A stretch of DNA of 43,488 nucleotides from Macrostomum lignano (taxonomy: Eukaryota): positions 1-43,488 of the forward strand of contig NIVC01004518.1 in the NCBI GenBank assembly GCA_002269645.1. Reading direction: 5' to 3'. Position numbers and translations under genes: made by a program. The first letter of the stretch is position 1; each line of letters opens with the position of its first letter. Below are positions 10,437-20,504 of the stretch, in pieces. The notes under the pieces are model-generated. The model was given only the letters and a program-made list of their open reading frames with translations. It was not told the DNA's origin and ran no database searches.

Positions 10437-11198
10437 TGGCTGCAAGTAGTGTATGATCAGATGGCTAGCAAGCAGTTCACATGCATGACCATGCAGATTA
10501 GAATAAGTTGTATGACTCGATTTCAAGAAAATCATGAGCCGCAGATCCTCGCGGACGAATCGCGATGGTCAGCGAACTTTATACCTTTCTTAGAAGAAGA
10601 CAAGAGATGGGATGAGAGAAAAAAGCTGAGAAGAGAATGAGAGACCTTGAGAAAATCGCGGATGGCTTATTGTGAAGTTTCCAAGGACCCGATGCTCGTG
10701 TAGTTTGCTGGGCCTGTAGCACAAGCTCTTGGAACAGGAGTTTCTTTGCATGTAAATTAATTCTCTGTTGTTTCCTTGTCTTCCGGCTAAAGGAAGCAAT
10801 CTACACTGCAGCTTCCTTTATGTGGCTATATCAAGTGAGTGATTAAGTTACATGTGCGCCACGCGTTAATGCTCGATTTGATATTTAATCAGAGTCGAAA
10901 ATTCTAAAGCACAGTATAGACACATTGTGCGTTTATAAATTACGTGACTTGCAGATCTACATTTACTTTAGGCTCATGCGAGTTCGTGTCCTGAGAATAT
11001 TTGAGAACAAAACTTTGGCTCGTGTATTTTCAGAGAAGCGCTATCGATTTACAATTGATTAAGCTTTATTATTTATTCAATCCCCCTAGAGAGAGAGACT
11101 TACGCACTGTAGCTACTTGGCTATGCGAGTTTCTATTACACACCGTCTTCGGCCATCTGGAAGAATTATCAACTTTTGAGTTGTTTTAAAAGGATCAT

Positions 11199-11583
11199 GG
11201 GATTAGCGAGGCGCCAGATCAGGAGGGATTAGCGAGGCGCCAGATCAGGAAGGATTAGCGAGGCGCCAGATTTGGGGGGATTAGCAAGGCGCTAGATTAG
11301 GGATTAGCAAGGCGCTAGATTAGGGATTAGCGAGGCGCTAGATTAGGGATTAGCAAGGCGCTAGATTAGGGATTAGCAAGGCGCTAAATTAGGGATTAGC
11401 AAGGCGCTAGATTAGGGATTAGCAAGGCGCCAGATCAGAAGGGATTAGCGAGGCGCCGATTAAGGATTTGCGAGGCGCCAGATCAGGAGGGATTAGCGAG
11501 GCGCTAGATCAAGAGGGATTAGCGAGGCGCCAGATCAGAATGGATTAGCGAGGCGTCAGATCAGAACGGATTAGCGAGGCGCC
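11199..11583. repeat. 23-26-bp minisatellite (GGGATTAGCGAGGCGCCAGATCAGGA)
   Basis: About 15 variant copies; the central copies contain TTAGGG. Confidence 0.9.
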
Positions 11584-12394
11584 AGTACTTAATTCGCTAG
11601 CATTAGAACCACGGCCTCGATTCGGTAGAATTCCTCATCAACAAGAATACGACTCAGCAGTGTACGTAGCCCTGTTCTATAGTAGCAGATATTGCCTGCT
11701 AAACTAATCGAGTATTTTGTTGCACAGCGAACTGCACATGCAGAGTCCGGGTTAGCTAGAGGCTAAGTTAATCATTTTTCTGATCAAGGAGATGTCAGTC
11801 TGCATGGTGCAGGGTGCGAGAGAGGTTGGGCGCGCGAGTGAAGAGTGCAGGATGCTGCCTCGAGCCGAGGGGCTTGAAGACGGATGAAGGTGACAGTGGA
11901 GCCATGGGATTTGCAATTTTATCCCTCTTGATTGTGCTTGGCTGTCTCTTGGCTCCAGAAGCGATATCTCATCTTGTTATTGAGCTGACCGATGGCATCG
12001 ATTTGATTGAGGGTGGAACAGTAGTAGCCAGTGCTCACAAAAAGACGGCTAACGACCTCGTAATGAATGATTGATTACATTAGAGGGTCTTGCAGACAAT
12101 TGTTTCTTCAGCATACGAGCTTAGTAAATTGACCATGCAGGAGATCAATGTCGGGATATTTTTCCGAATAATTCGTTGAATAATCAATCAGGCAACGGAA
12201 GCCATCGAATATCGCGTGCAGTCTTCCTCTCTTCTTTCGAGTTTCGAGTTTGGCTTCGCTTTGCACAGCTGTTTCTTAGAATAGCTTGCGGTGTTTCTTT
12301 CTTTTAAGTGGATTTAGCCTTAGTTTAGGGGAGTGGCATTGTAGGATTCAGGAGAGCTGGGTGGACATTCGGGTTGAAATAAATTAAAAAACGA

Positions 12395-12930
12395 AGCAGA
12401 GAAGAAGAGGGAATGGAAGAGGGGGATGGCGGAAGGGAGAGGGAGAGAAGAGATGACGGTAGGAGAGAGTAGAGAAGGAGAGGTTGATGGTGATGGAGAA
12501 TGAGAGGGAGAGGGAGGGTATGGGGGAGAGGAGAGGAGAGAAAAAGAGAGGGAGATGGTGAGGGAGTAGAGGGAGAGAGGAAGGAGAGGAGAGGTAGAGA
12601 GGAGAGGGAGAGAGAAGAGGGCGAGGAGGGAGAAGAGGGAGAGAGGGAGAGCGGAGATGGAGAGAAGAGAGAGAGAGGAGAGAGAAGAGAGGGAGAGAAG
12701 GGAGAGAAGAGAGGAAGAGAAGAGAGAAGGAGGGTAGGGGGAGAGATGAGAGGGAGAGAAGAGAGGGAGAGAAGAGAGGGAGAGAAGAGAGGGAGAGAAG
12801 AGAGGGAGAGAAGAGAGGGAGAGAAGAGAGGGAGAGAAGAGAGGGAGAGAAGAGAGGGAGAGAAGAGAGGGAGAGAAGAGAGAAGGAGGGTAGGGGGGAG
12901 AGAGGAGAGAAGTGAGAGAGGAGAAGATGA
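12395..12930. repeat. GA-rich low-complexity tract with a 13-bp core (GGGAGAGAAGAGA)
   Basis: Almost purine-only + strand; regular 13-mers at about 12750-12880. Confidence 0.9.
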
Positions 12931-13241
12931 TCAGTAGAAGCGGTTGAGATCAGGTATCCGGACAGGGAAGCAGTGCCGGAAATAGGCAAGCAGAGGGACA
13001 GGGAGAGGGCAGAGAGGAGAGTGACCTGGGACACTTGGAGACCGTGCAAAAGCGAGAGCAGTGTGGAAGAGAAGAGTTCCCAATATTCCAGCCAGCTCCC
13101 AGCAACCTTCAGCCAATTGGCTGCTCAAGCTTCAAGGCTGCAAAATCATTAAAAATGAGTGGACTCGATCAGCTCGCTAGCAGTGCTGCAACTACAAACT
13201 ACAGCTCAGACGAATATCTGTGATTCTACCCAGCAACAGGA

Positions 13242-14063
13242 ATGCTCAGACAGCATTATCTTTGTCTTCTAGCAGCAGTGTCTGCTGTCTGCCTCTGCGC
13301 CGCATCTGACGCTGTTCTCAAAGCGGGAACGCTGACTCTTGGCGCCCTGTTGCCAAGTGGCAATGCTCAACTTCGTTCCGCATTCTATTTGGCGCTAAAA
13401 CGACGCCAAATAGATCCAAGTGGCGCCGTACAATGGCGCCTAGCTGTGGCAGACGCTGCCGACCCGATGGAGATCCAGCGAGCAATACGTCGCGAACTTC
13501 AAGACGTCGCCTGTCTCATAGCTGTAAGCAGCGAGTTGGACTCGATGAGTCACGTTGCTCATCTAGCTAAAAATCTCAGCCTGCCAGTTGTCATGGCAAC
13601 AGCAGTAGCCAGCGGAGACGCCGGGGGATTCTACATGCGACCGAGTCTGGCGCCAAAGGCGGCGCTGAAGATTGCGCTGGGCTTCGGATGGCGCCAGGCC
13701 GTCTATCTGGTTAACAGCGCTCACGGTCTGGCCCGGGCTGCTCAGGCGGCTGCCACAGCTGCCCGATCGGGACTCGAACTCCGGACTGTCTACTTGCCGG
13801 CGACAGAGGTGCCGCTACCCCGACGCTACTTGGATGTGCCTGAGCTGGACGGCAAGCACCGGAGGCGGGTGGTGGTGGATCTGGAGCCGGCGGAGCAGCA
13901 GGTGCAGCACCTGATGGCATCGCTGAGCGGAGCCGGGCTGAATAGGCGCGAGTTTCACTACCTGCTGCTCGACGGGGCGGCGGCGCAGCTGCCCACGGTG
14001 GGGCTGCTGTACAGCGGGGTGTCCGTGACTGGCCTGCAGCTGCTGGGGCTCGGGAGGCGGGAG
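13242..14063 (+). CDS. Ionotropic glutamate receptor (AMPA/kainate-like), exon 1: signal peptide and amino-terminal domain
   Basis: ATG at 13242 and hydrophobic signal MLRQHYLCLLAAVSAVCLCAAS. ATD-like motifs (LTLGALLP, GFGWRQAVYLV, RRRVVVDL, REFHYLLLD). GAG|GTGAGA donor at 14064; 274 codons, phase 0. Confidence 0.75.
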
Positions 14064-14223
14064 GTGAGACATGGACAGGTGTTGTGGGGCAGAGATCGAT
14101 GAGGGCCAAGCCCCAAGGCACAGGGAGTGTACATGTCTGACGATTAGAATGTCCGGGGCGCGGTACACTCTGAGTGAGCGCGTGTGTGAGTGTCTGTTTG
14201 CGTACAGCATTGGTGCGCTTGTC

Positions 14224-14704
14224 CCCACAATCCCCAATCACATCCCGGACACAATCCCCAATCACATCCCGGACACAATCCCCAATCACATCCCGGACAC
14301 AATCCCCAATCACATCCCGGACACAATCCCCAATCACATCCGGACACAATCCCCAATCACATCCCGGACACAATCCCAATCACATCCCGGACACAATCCC
14401 CAATCACATCCCGGACACAATCCCCAATCACATCCCGGACACAATCCCCAATCACATCCCGGACACAATCCCCAATCACATCCCGGACACAATCCCCAAT
14501 CACATCCCGGACACAATCCCCAATCACATCCGGACACAATCCCCAATCACATCCCGGACACAATCCCCAATCACATCCCGGACACAATCCCCAATCACAT
14601 CCCGGACACAATCCCCAATCACATCCCGGACACAATCCCCAATCACATCCCGGACACAATCCCCAATCACATCCCGGACACAATCCCCAATCACATCCCG
14701 GACA
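14224..14704. repeat. 24-bp minisatellite (CACAATCCCCAATCACATCCCGGA) filling iGluR intron 1
   Basis: About 20 near-identical copies running up to the CTGCAG acceptor. Confidence 0.95.
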
Positions 14705-14710
14705 CTGCAG

Positions 14711-15694
14711 GTTCGCGACCTCAAGCGCCGCTGGCAGCTGATCAGTCAGCATGTTGAAACCCAACAGCGGCAGCGCGAAGGCCACGGCGGCTCCTCTCCG
14801 CCTCCTCCTCCGTCGCTGCAGACGGTGGCTCTGGTCATGGACTCGGTGACCGCGGCGCTGACAGCAGCGACAGCAGCTCAGCTCGACCTTAATGCAGCAT
14901 CGTCGAGAACGACGACAGAAGCCAGAAAACGGATGCGGTGGCACCTGGCCAACACCGTTGATTTCGTTGGCTACACCGGCCGAGTCACCTTTCGCGGCGG
15001 CGGCGGTGGCAGTCAGCGGCGGACGAGTTTGTCGGTGCCGGTGCTGCAGTTGAACAGCCCGGACGGCTTCCGGCATCTGGACGATTGGCGGTCGAACTCG
15101 ACTTCGCGACCGATGCAGCTGTCGCCGGACGTTGCTCATGGCGGCGGATTCTTCGATAGCGGCGACGGCGACATCGGTGTCGGCTTCAGGGGACGCCGGA
15201 ACCGAACAGCAAAGTCGTCGCTGCGCTGGCCGAGACTCATCCGGGTGGTGACCATCGAGTCCAGGCCGTTCGTGCAGCCGAAAACTGCATCGTTAGCGAC
15301 AGCAGCCGATGACGTCGTTAGCAACGACACCGCACCGTCTGCGTCGCCACGTCGCCTGCCGTTTGAAGGCTTCTGCATGGAGCTGCTGGAGCGAATTGCC
15401 GAGCGAGTTGGCGGGCTGAAGTACTCGGTGCACCTTGTCCACGATGGTCAGTACGGCGGTAGGAACTCCAGCGCTCCGGCAGCGACAGCGGAGGCGGACA
15501 AGTGGAACGGCATGATCGGCGAGCTGCTTCAAGACACCGCCGATGTCGCATTCGCGGCGCTGACCATCAACACGGAGCGATCGAAGGTGGTGGACTTCAC
15601 CGAGCCGTTTCTCACCTTTGGCATCTCAATCATGATCAAGAAGCCGCGCAAGGAGAAGCCGGGAATTTTCGGATTCTTGCAGCCGCTGTCTCAG
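14711..15694 (+). CDS. iGluR exon 2: end of ATD and S1 ligand-binding segment
   Basis: CTGCAG|GTT acceptor and CAG|GTGAGG donor. Motifs FEGFCMELLERIA, VHDGQYG, KWNGMIGELL, ADVAFAALTINTERSKVVDFTEPFLTFGISIMIKKP, KPGIFGFLQPLS; 328 codons. Confidence 0.92.
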
Positions 15695-15885
15695 GTGAGG
15701 CGACGTCGTCTGCTGTGCTGGGCTTTGCATGTCCATGCTCACTGAGCCCTAGGTTTAACTGCCTAGTCGCTTTTTCCTGCTATCCTGCCAGTCCTCAGTG
15801 CTGCCCCCATGAGTGCCGCCTCTCCTACCAGTCCCCAGTGTCTAACTGCAAGTAAGCTCAACGGGTGCGTGCAAAAAATTTTTAT

Positions 15886-16625
15886 TAGATCTGGGATCTA
15901 GGATCTGGGATCTAGGATCTGGGATCTAGGATCTGGGATCTAGGATCTGGGATCTAGGATCTGGGATCTAGGATCTGGGATCTAGGATCTGGGATCTAGG
16001 ATCTGGGATCTAGGATCTGGGATCTAGGATCTGGGATCTAGGATCTGGGATCTAGGATCTGGGATCTAGGATCTGGGATCTAGGATCTGGGATCTAGGAT
16101 CTGGGATCTAGGATCTGGGATCTAGGATCTGGGATCTAGGATCTGGGATCTAGGATCTGGGATCTAGGATCTGGGATCTAGGATCTGGGATCTAGGATCT
16201 GGGATCTAGGATCTGGGATCTAGGATCTGGGATCTAGGATCTGGGATCTAGGATCTGGGATCTAGGATCTGGGATCTAGGATCTGGGATCTAGGATCTGG
16301 GATCTAGGATCTGGGATCTAGGATCTGGGATCTAGGATCTGGGATCTAGGATCTGGGATCTAGGATCTGGGATCTAGGATCTGGGATCTAGGATCTGGGA
16401 TCTAGGATCTGGGATCTAGGATCTGGGATCTAGGATCTGGGATCTAGGATCTGGGATCTAGGATCTGGGATCTAGGATCTGGGATCTAGGATCTGGGATC
16501 TAGGATCTAGGATCTAGGATCTGGGATCTAGGATCTGGGATCTAGGATCTGGGATCTAGGATCTGGGATCTAGGATCTGGGATCTAGGATCTGGGATCTA
16601 GGATCTGGCATCTAGGATCTGGGAT
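15886..16625. repeat. 14-bp near-perfect tandem array (TAGGATCTGGGATC)n in iGluR intron 2
   Basis: About 53 copies with only isolated variants (near 16505 and 16608). Confidence 0.95.
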
Positions 16626-16757
16626 GGCCCTACATGCTCACTTATGCCGTCCCATCCCTGACCCCAACTGAGCACAGGTGTGACCCTTCATGCTCACATG
16701 AGCTGCCCCATCCCTGACCCCAACTGAGCACAGGTGTGGCCCTACATGCTCACATGC
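16626..16757 (+). repeat. 56-bp tandem duplication spanning the exon-3 splice acceptor
   Basis: CCCATCCCTGACCCCAACTGAGCACAGGTGT occurs at 16651 and 16707; GGCCCTACATGCTCAC-like segments occur at about 16626, 16682 and 16738. Confidence 0.85.
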
Positions 16758-17219
16758 GGCGCGGGGGTGATTGCCGGTCTGCACCTGTGCGCCAGACTCA
16801 GCCCTGTTGAGTGGCGCATCTCAGACTCCGAGCAGCTGCAGGCCTGCAGTCTTCTGCTTCTGCGAAAGAGGCGCAGAGACTTCTCGCTGTTCAACTCGCT
16901 GTGGTTCGCGCTTGCCTCCATCGTCAACCAGAGTGTGGACATCTCGCCCCGCAGTTCAGGTGCCCGCCTGGTAACCAGCGTGTGGTGGTTCTTCACCCTG
17001 ATCATGATCGCTGACTACACCGCCATCCTGGCCGCCTCCCTGACCGTTGAGCTGCTGCGGACACCCATCGAGAGCTGGCCGGACCTGCTGGGAGCCCACG
17101 AGACCAGCGGCATGCTGTTTGGCACCATCGCCTCGGGCTCGACTCAGGCCTTCTTTCTGAGCACCAAGATTTGGCCCTACAGCGGCATCGGGGCCGTGAT
17201 GAGGAGCAACTCTGATAAG
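16734..17219 (+). CDS. iGluR exon 3: M1, M2 pore loop, M3 and start of S2
   Basis: CACAG|GTG acceptor and AAG|GTGCGG donor. Translation VWPYM...ARLSPVEW...[57 protein letters not shown]...[13 protein letters not shown]; 162 codons. Confidence 0.92.
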
Positions 17220-17362
17220 GTGCGGCTTGGTATTGGGGATTTGGGGTTGGGGATTGAGGATTCGGGATTGGGATTTGGGGTTGGGGGGGCCGGATTTGGT
17301 TTGATTTGGCGCTTTAGGGTTTTATAAGATTTGAAATTTGTGTATTCACCTTTTTACTACAT

Positions 17363-17806
17363 TCCCGTGAACACAACTGAGATCCCCGTGAACACCAACG
17401 ACATCCCCGTAAATACCAACGAGATCCCCGTGAACACCTCGAGATACCCGTGAACACCACCGAGATCCCCGTGAACACCTCGAGATACCCGTGAACACCA
17501 ACGAGATCCCCGTGAACTACTCGGAGATCCCCGTGAACACCACCGAGATCCCCGTGAACACCTCGAGATACCCGTGAACACCAACGAGATCCCCGTGAAC
17601 ACCTCGGAGATCCCCGTGAACACCACTGAGATCCCCGTGAACACCAACGAGATACCCGTAAACACCACCGAGATCCCCGTGAACACCACTGAGATTCTCG
17701 TGAACACCACCGAGATCCCCGTGAACACCACAGAAATCCCCGTGAACACCACAGAGATCCCCGTGAACACCACTGAGATCCCTGTGAAAACCGCTGAGAT
17801 CCCGTG
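17363..17806. repeat. 21-bp minisatellite (GAGATCCCCGTGAACACCACC) in iGluR intron 3
   Basis: About 21 variant copies, preceded by a G-rich tract (17225-17320). Confidence 0.93.
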
Positions 17807-17833
17807 CACGCGGAGCCCCGCAAACCCGCCCAG

Positions 17834-18103
17834 GTGTACGCGAGCACCACAGCGGCCGGAGTGCAGCGAGTTCGCGAATCCAACGGCCGCTACGCCTTTC
17901 TGCTGGAGTCGAAGATGAACGAGTTCCACAACAACCGCGACCCCTGCGACACCATGATGGTCGGGCAGCCGTTCGGCGACAACGGCTACGGGGTGGCCAC
18001 CCAGCGCGGCTCGCCGCTCAGAGAGCTCTTCAACGATGCCATCCTGCAGCTGAGGGAGCAGCAGGTGCTGGCCGAGCTGTACAAGAAGTGGTGGATTGAG
18101 AAG
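17834..18103 (+). CDS. iGluR exon 4: S2 ligand-binding segment
   Basis: CCCAG|GTG acceptor and AAG|GTAAAG donor. Translation GVQRVRESNGRYAFLLESKMNEFHNNRDPCDTMMVG...GYGVAT.RGSPLR...AILQLRE..VL..LYKKWW; 90 codons. Confidence 0.92.
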
Positions 18104-18271
18104 GTAAAGGTCGGGAGTTCGAGTCCGAGACCTTGAGCACACCTGGCTGTACACAAATTAAAGAAATCAAACTTATCGCATGAAACTGGGGTCCTGGGTT
18201 CTACTCCTACCTGTAATTACATGTAATTAGGGCACTGCAATTTGCACCCATGAGAGGCCTGTGATGGGAGC

Positions 18272-18350
18272 ACCGGTTTCCGTTGGCTCAGCTACGGCAT
18301 TCTTTGGGTCCAGTATCGCACAGGGCCGGAGTTCGAACCCCGCTACTGCC
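18272..18350 (+). mobile_element. tRNA-derived SINE-like head in iGluR intron 4
   Basis: A-box-like TGGCTCAGCTACGG and B-box GTTCGAACCC at tRNA-like spacing; the acceptor stem does not pair, so this is not an intact tRNA. Confidence 0.35.
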
Positions 18351-18391
18351 AGCAAGTCTCGATCGAGCTCGAACCCCGCTACCACCCACAG

Positions 18392-18634
18392 GGCCAGTGC
18401 GCCACCGACGACTCTGACTCGAGCGACGCTGGCCAGTCGCCGCTGGCAGTCGTTAATGTGGCCGGCGTGTTTTACATCCTGGTGGCCGGGCTGGGCGCTG
18501 CGATGGCCGCGGCGCTGGTCGAGTCCGCGTGCTCCGCGGCGATGCGGCGGCGGAGAAATCGGCGACTGAGGCGGCGGTCGGAGATGGCGGCCGGCTGCGT
18601 CGGGGCGACATCGGCGGCTGGCGTAATCATGTAG
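18392..18634 (+). CDS. iGluR exon 5: M4 and C-terminal tail
   Basis: CCACAG|GGC acceptor. Translation GQC...PLAVVNVAGVFYILVAGLGAAMAAALVE...RRRRNRRLRRR...GVIM*, TAG at 18632-18634. It supplies the second Cys of the LBD disulfide. Total protein is about 934 aa. Confidence 0.88.
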   Translation, partial: GQCATDDSDSSDAGQSPLAVVNVAGVFYILVAGLGAAMAAALVESACSAAMRRRRNRRLRRRSEMAAGCVGATSAAGVIM

Positions 18635-19225
18635 CTCTTTGGATCAGTTTAAGCAGCAGTTTGAGTAGCAGTTTGAGCAGCCTTTTGAGTATCAGTTTGA
18701 GCAGCAGTTTGAGCAGCAGTTTGAGGACAAGCAAACCACAAACCACAGCTGCATTACATGTAACTTCATCAAGATGCAGCATTGGTGTGCAAATCGAATT
18801 TCCCGACTTGAACTCTGCATGCTGTTTGCCGCATGTCAGACTCACCTGAGCTCACCACCTGACTGAAATTGGTCACCGCAGACTTGCAGTGCGACAAAGG
18901 GAGACTAAAGCGCACATGGAAGGGAAATTACGTGTGTTTCCCAGAAAAAAATTGAAGGCTGGCTATGATTGAAAATGAACTCCAAAGATGAGAATTCATG
19001 ATTTTGTGGTAATCAAAATGACAAAATCTTTTGACAGAAGCAGATTTAGTTATTTTCTTTTTATATGTCATATAAGCAACTGCATCATAAATTGTTTGCA
19101 TTACAAAAGTTCAAATGCATTCAAATTCATTAGAAATAAAGTAAAAATCTTGTTCAACAACGTGTAGTAGCATGCATTGTAATTCTAGAAATTTTTGCGA
19201 TAAATATACATGTATTCCAAATATA

Positions 19226-19615
19226 CGAGGGGTGTCCCAGAAATAGTGTCACTTTTGCCTGCTTCCACAAGTATTAATGTGTGTTAAAAAATCATATGCC
19301 CTAAAAGTTAGCGGCTTATTTTTGCTTTCAGACTGGAACAGATCTTGCAGCTGCTCTCTTGCAACTCTGTGCTTGATCAGCTCTGCTTGTGGCTTCCTTC
19401 TGAGTGAGCATAGAAGCACTATGCAGTGTGTATTTCTATGGCCAAGGGTATGCGAACAAATGCATGCTGCTTACAGCTTACAGCTGCTTATAAAAATCGG
19501 ACTTTCGTGGCATGAAAGCTAAAATAAGCCGCTAACTTTTAGAGCATGATTTTTTAACACACATTAATACTTGTGGAAGCAAGAAAAAGTGACACTACTT
19601 CTGAGACACCCCTCG
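19226..19615. mobile_element. Tc1/mariner-type MITE, 390 bp
   Basis: TA|CGAGGGGTGTC...GACACCCCTCG|TA, with about 105-bp imperfect terminal inverted repeats, a TA duplication at 19224-19225 and 19616-19617, and no transposase ORF. Confidence 0.85.
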
Positions 19616-20504
19616 TAATAAGGTAAATTCCACGCGACTCTGTTTAAAATATTCTGGCCTCCGGAATGTTCCTTTAAAAACTATAAATATAATAATGCAC
19701 ACGCGCAATCAAATAGTTGCAACCGTGGGCTCTACATTGCTCCAATTTTTTATTAATCGCCTTCAAATCATTTGAGTTCTCTACAGAAGCATCCGATCTG
19801 AACTCTACAGGAAGCTACACGAGTAGTAGAGGGAATGTACACACCGCCGCGGGAAAGCGCGAATAGAATGGGACCTAGTAAGAGTAGGTAGCCGCTATTA
19901 TTTAAAGACATAGAATGGACTCTGCCCGAGAGACCATAAAGGTTTTGTAAATTGTAGGTTTTCATAAATTTTGAGTGAGAGATTCAGTGAGAATCTTTTC
20001 AGTAATAGAATGCGTGTGGTCATACATGTTAGCGCCACCGAAATTGAGTAAATTGGATTCCACACGGCTTTCCCTGCGGCAGTGTGCACATCTCTGAGTC
20101 TAATAGCTGTATGTGGTAATCCATAGCTAAATTGTACAAGTACTTTTTGTAAGAAATCAAGATTTTCAAGTGGAATTCAGGAATCAATTGTCGGTCACAG
20201 CGGCCACTCGGCACTGAGGCTGCAGCCGCACCCAAAATTGACTCAATTTAGTGAACTGGATTTAGGCGGAAAGTGTGCTCCCGGAAAGTTTAATATAATT
20301 GCTTAATACATGCATAATGTTTAATGTGCTTCTATTCAATAAATATCAATTCTGACATGCACAAGACATGATAAACATTTATCAGACAAAGAAAGTCATC
20401 GCATTAAAAAAATTCATTAAAAAACTCGAACGAAAACCCGGCCTCCAACAAATCAATCACTCCAGAAACCTTCAGTTCGATTATTATTCGGCAAGTGAAT
20501 AAAA

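Noticed and set aside
12384-13049. ORFs 12384-13049 (-) and 12500-12937 (+)
   Set aside because: Translations of the GA-rich simple repeat (LSL/ERE runs); not credible proteins.
13711-15139. Overlapping ORFs across iGluR intron 1 (HNPQSHPG, PDTIPNHI, CVRDVIGD repeats)
   Set aside because: A stop-free 24-bp repeat keeps all frames open; GT-AG sites at 14064 and 14710 join the iGluR exons cleanly without it.
17314-18154. ORFs with EIPVNTT / VFTGISV repeats (ice-nucleation- or mucin-like appearance)
   Set aside because: Products of the 21-bp intronic minisatellite bounded by canonical splice sites.
18272-18350. Functional tRNA gene
   Set aside because: The acceptor stem and anticodon arm cannot be paired; only A/B-box-like motifs remain.
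18656-18722. 12-bp AGCAGTTTGAGC repeat and its Leu/Lys or Ser/Leu ORFs
   Set aside because: A short 3'UTR microsatellite after the iGluR stop; the ORFs are by-products.
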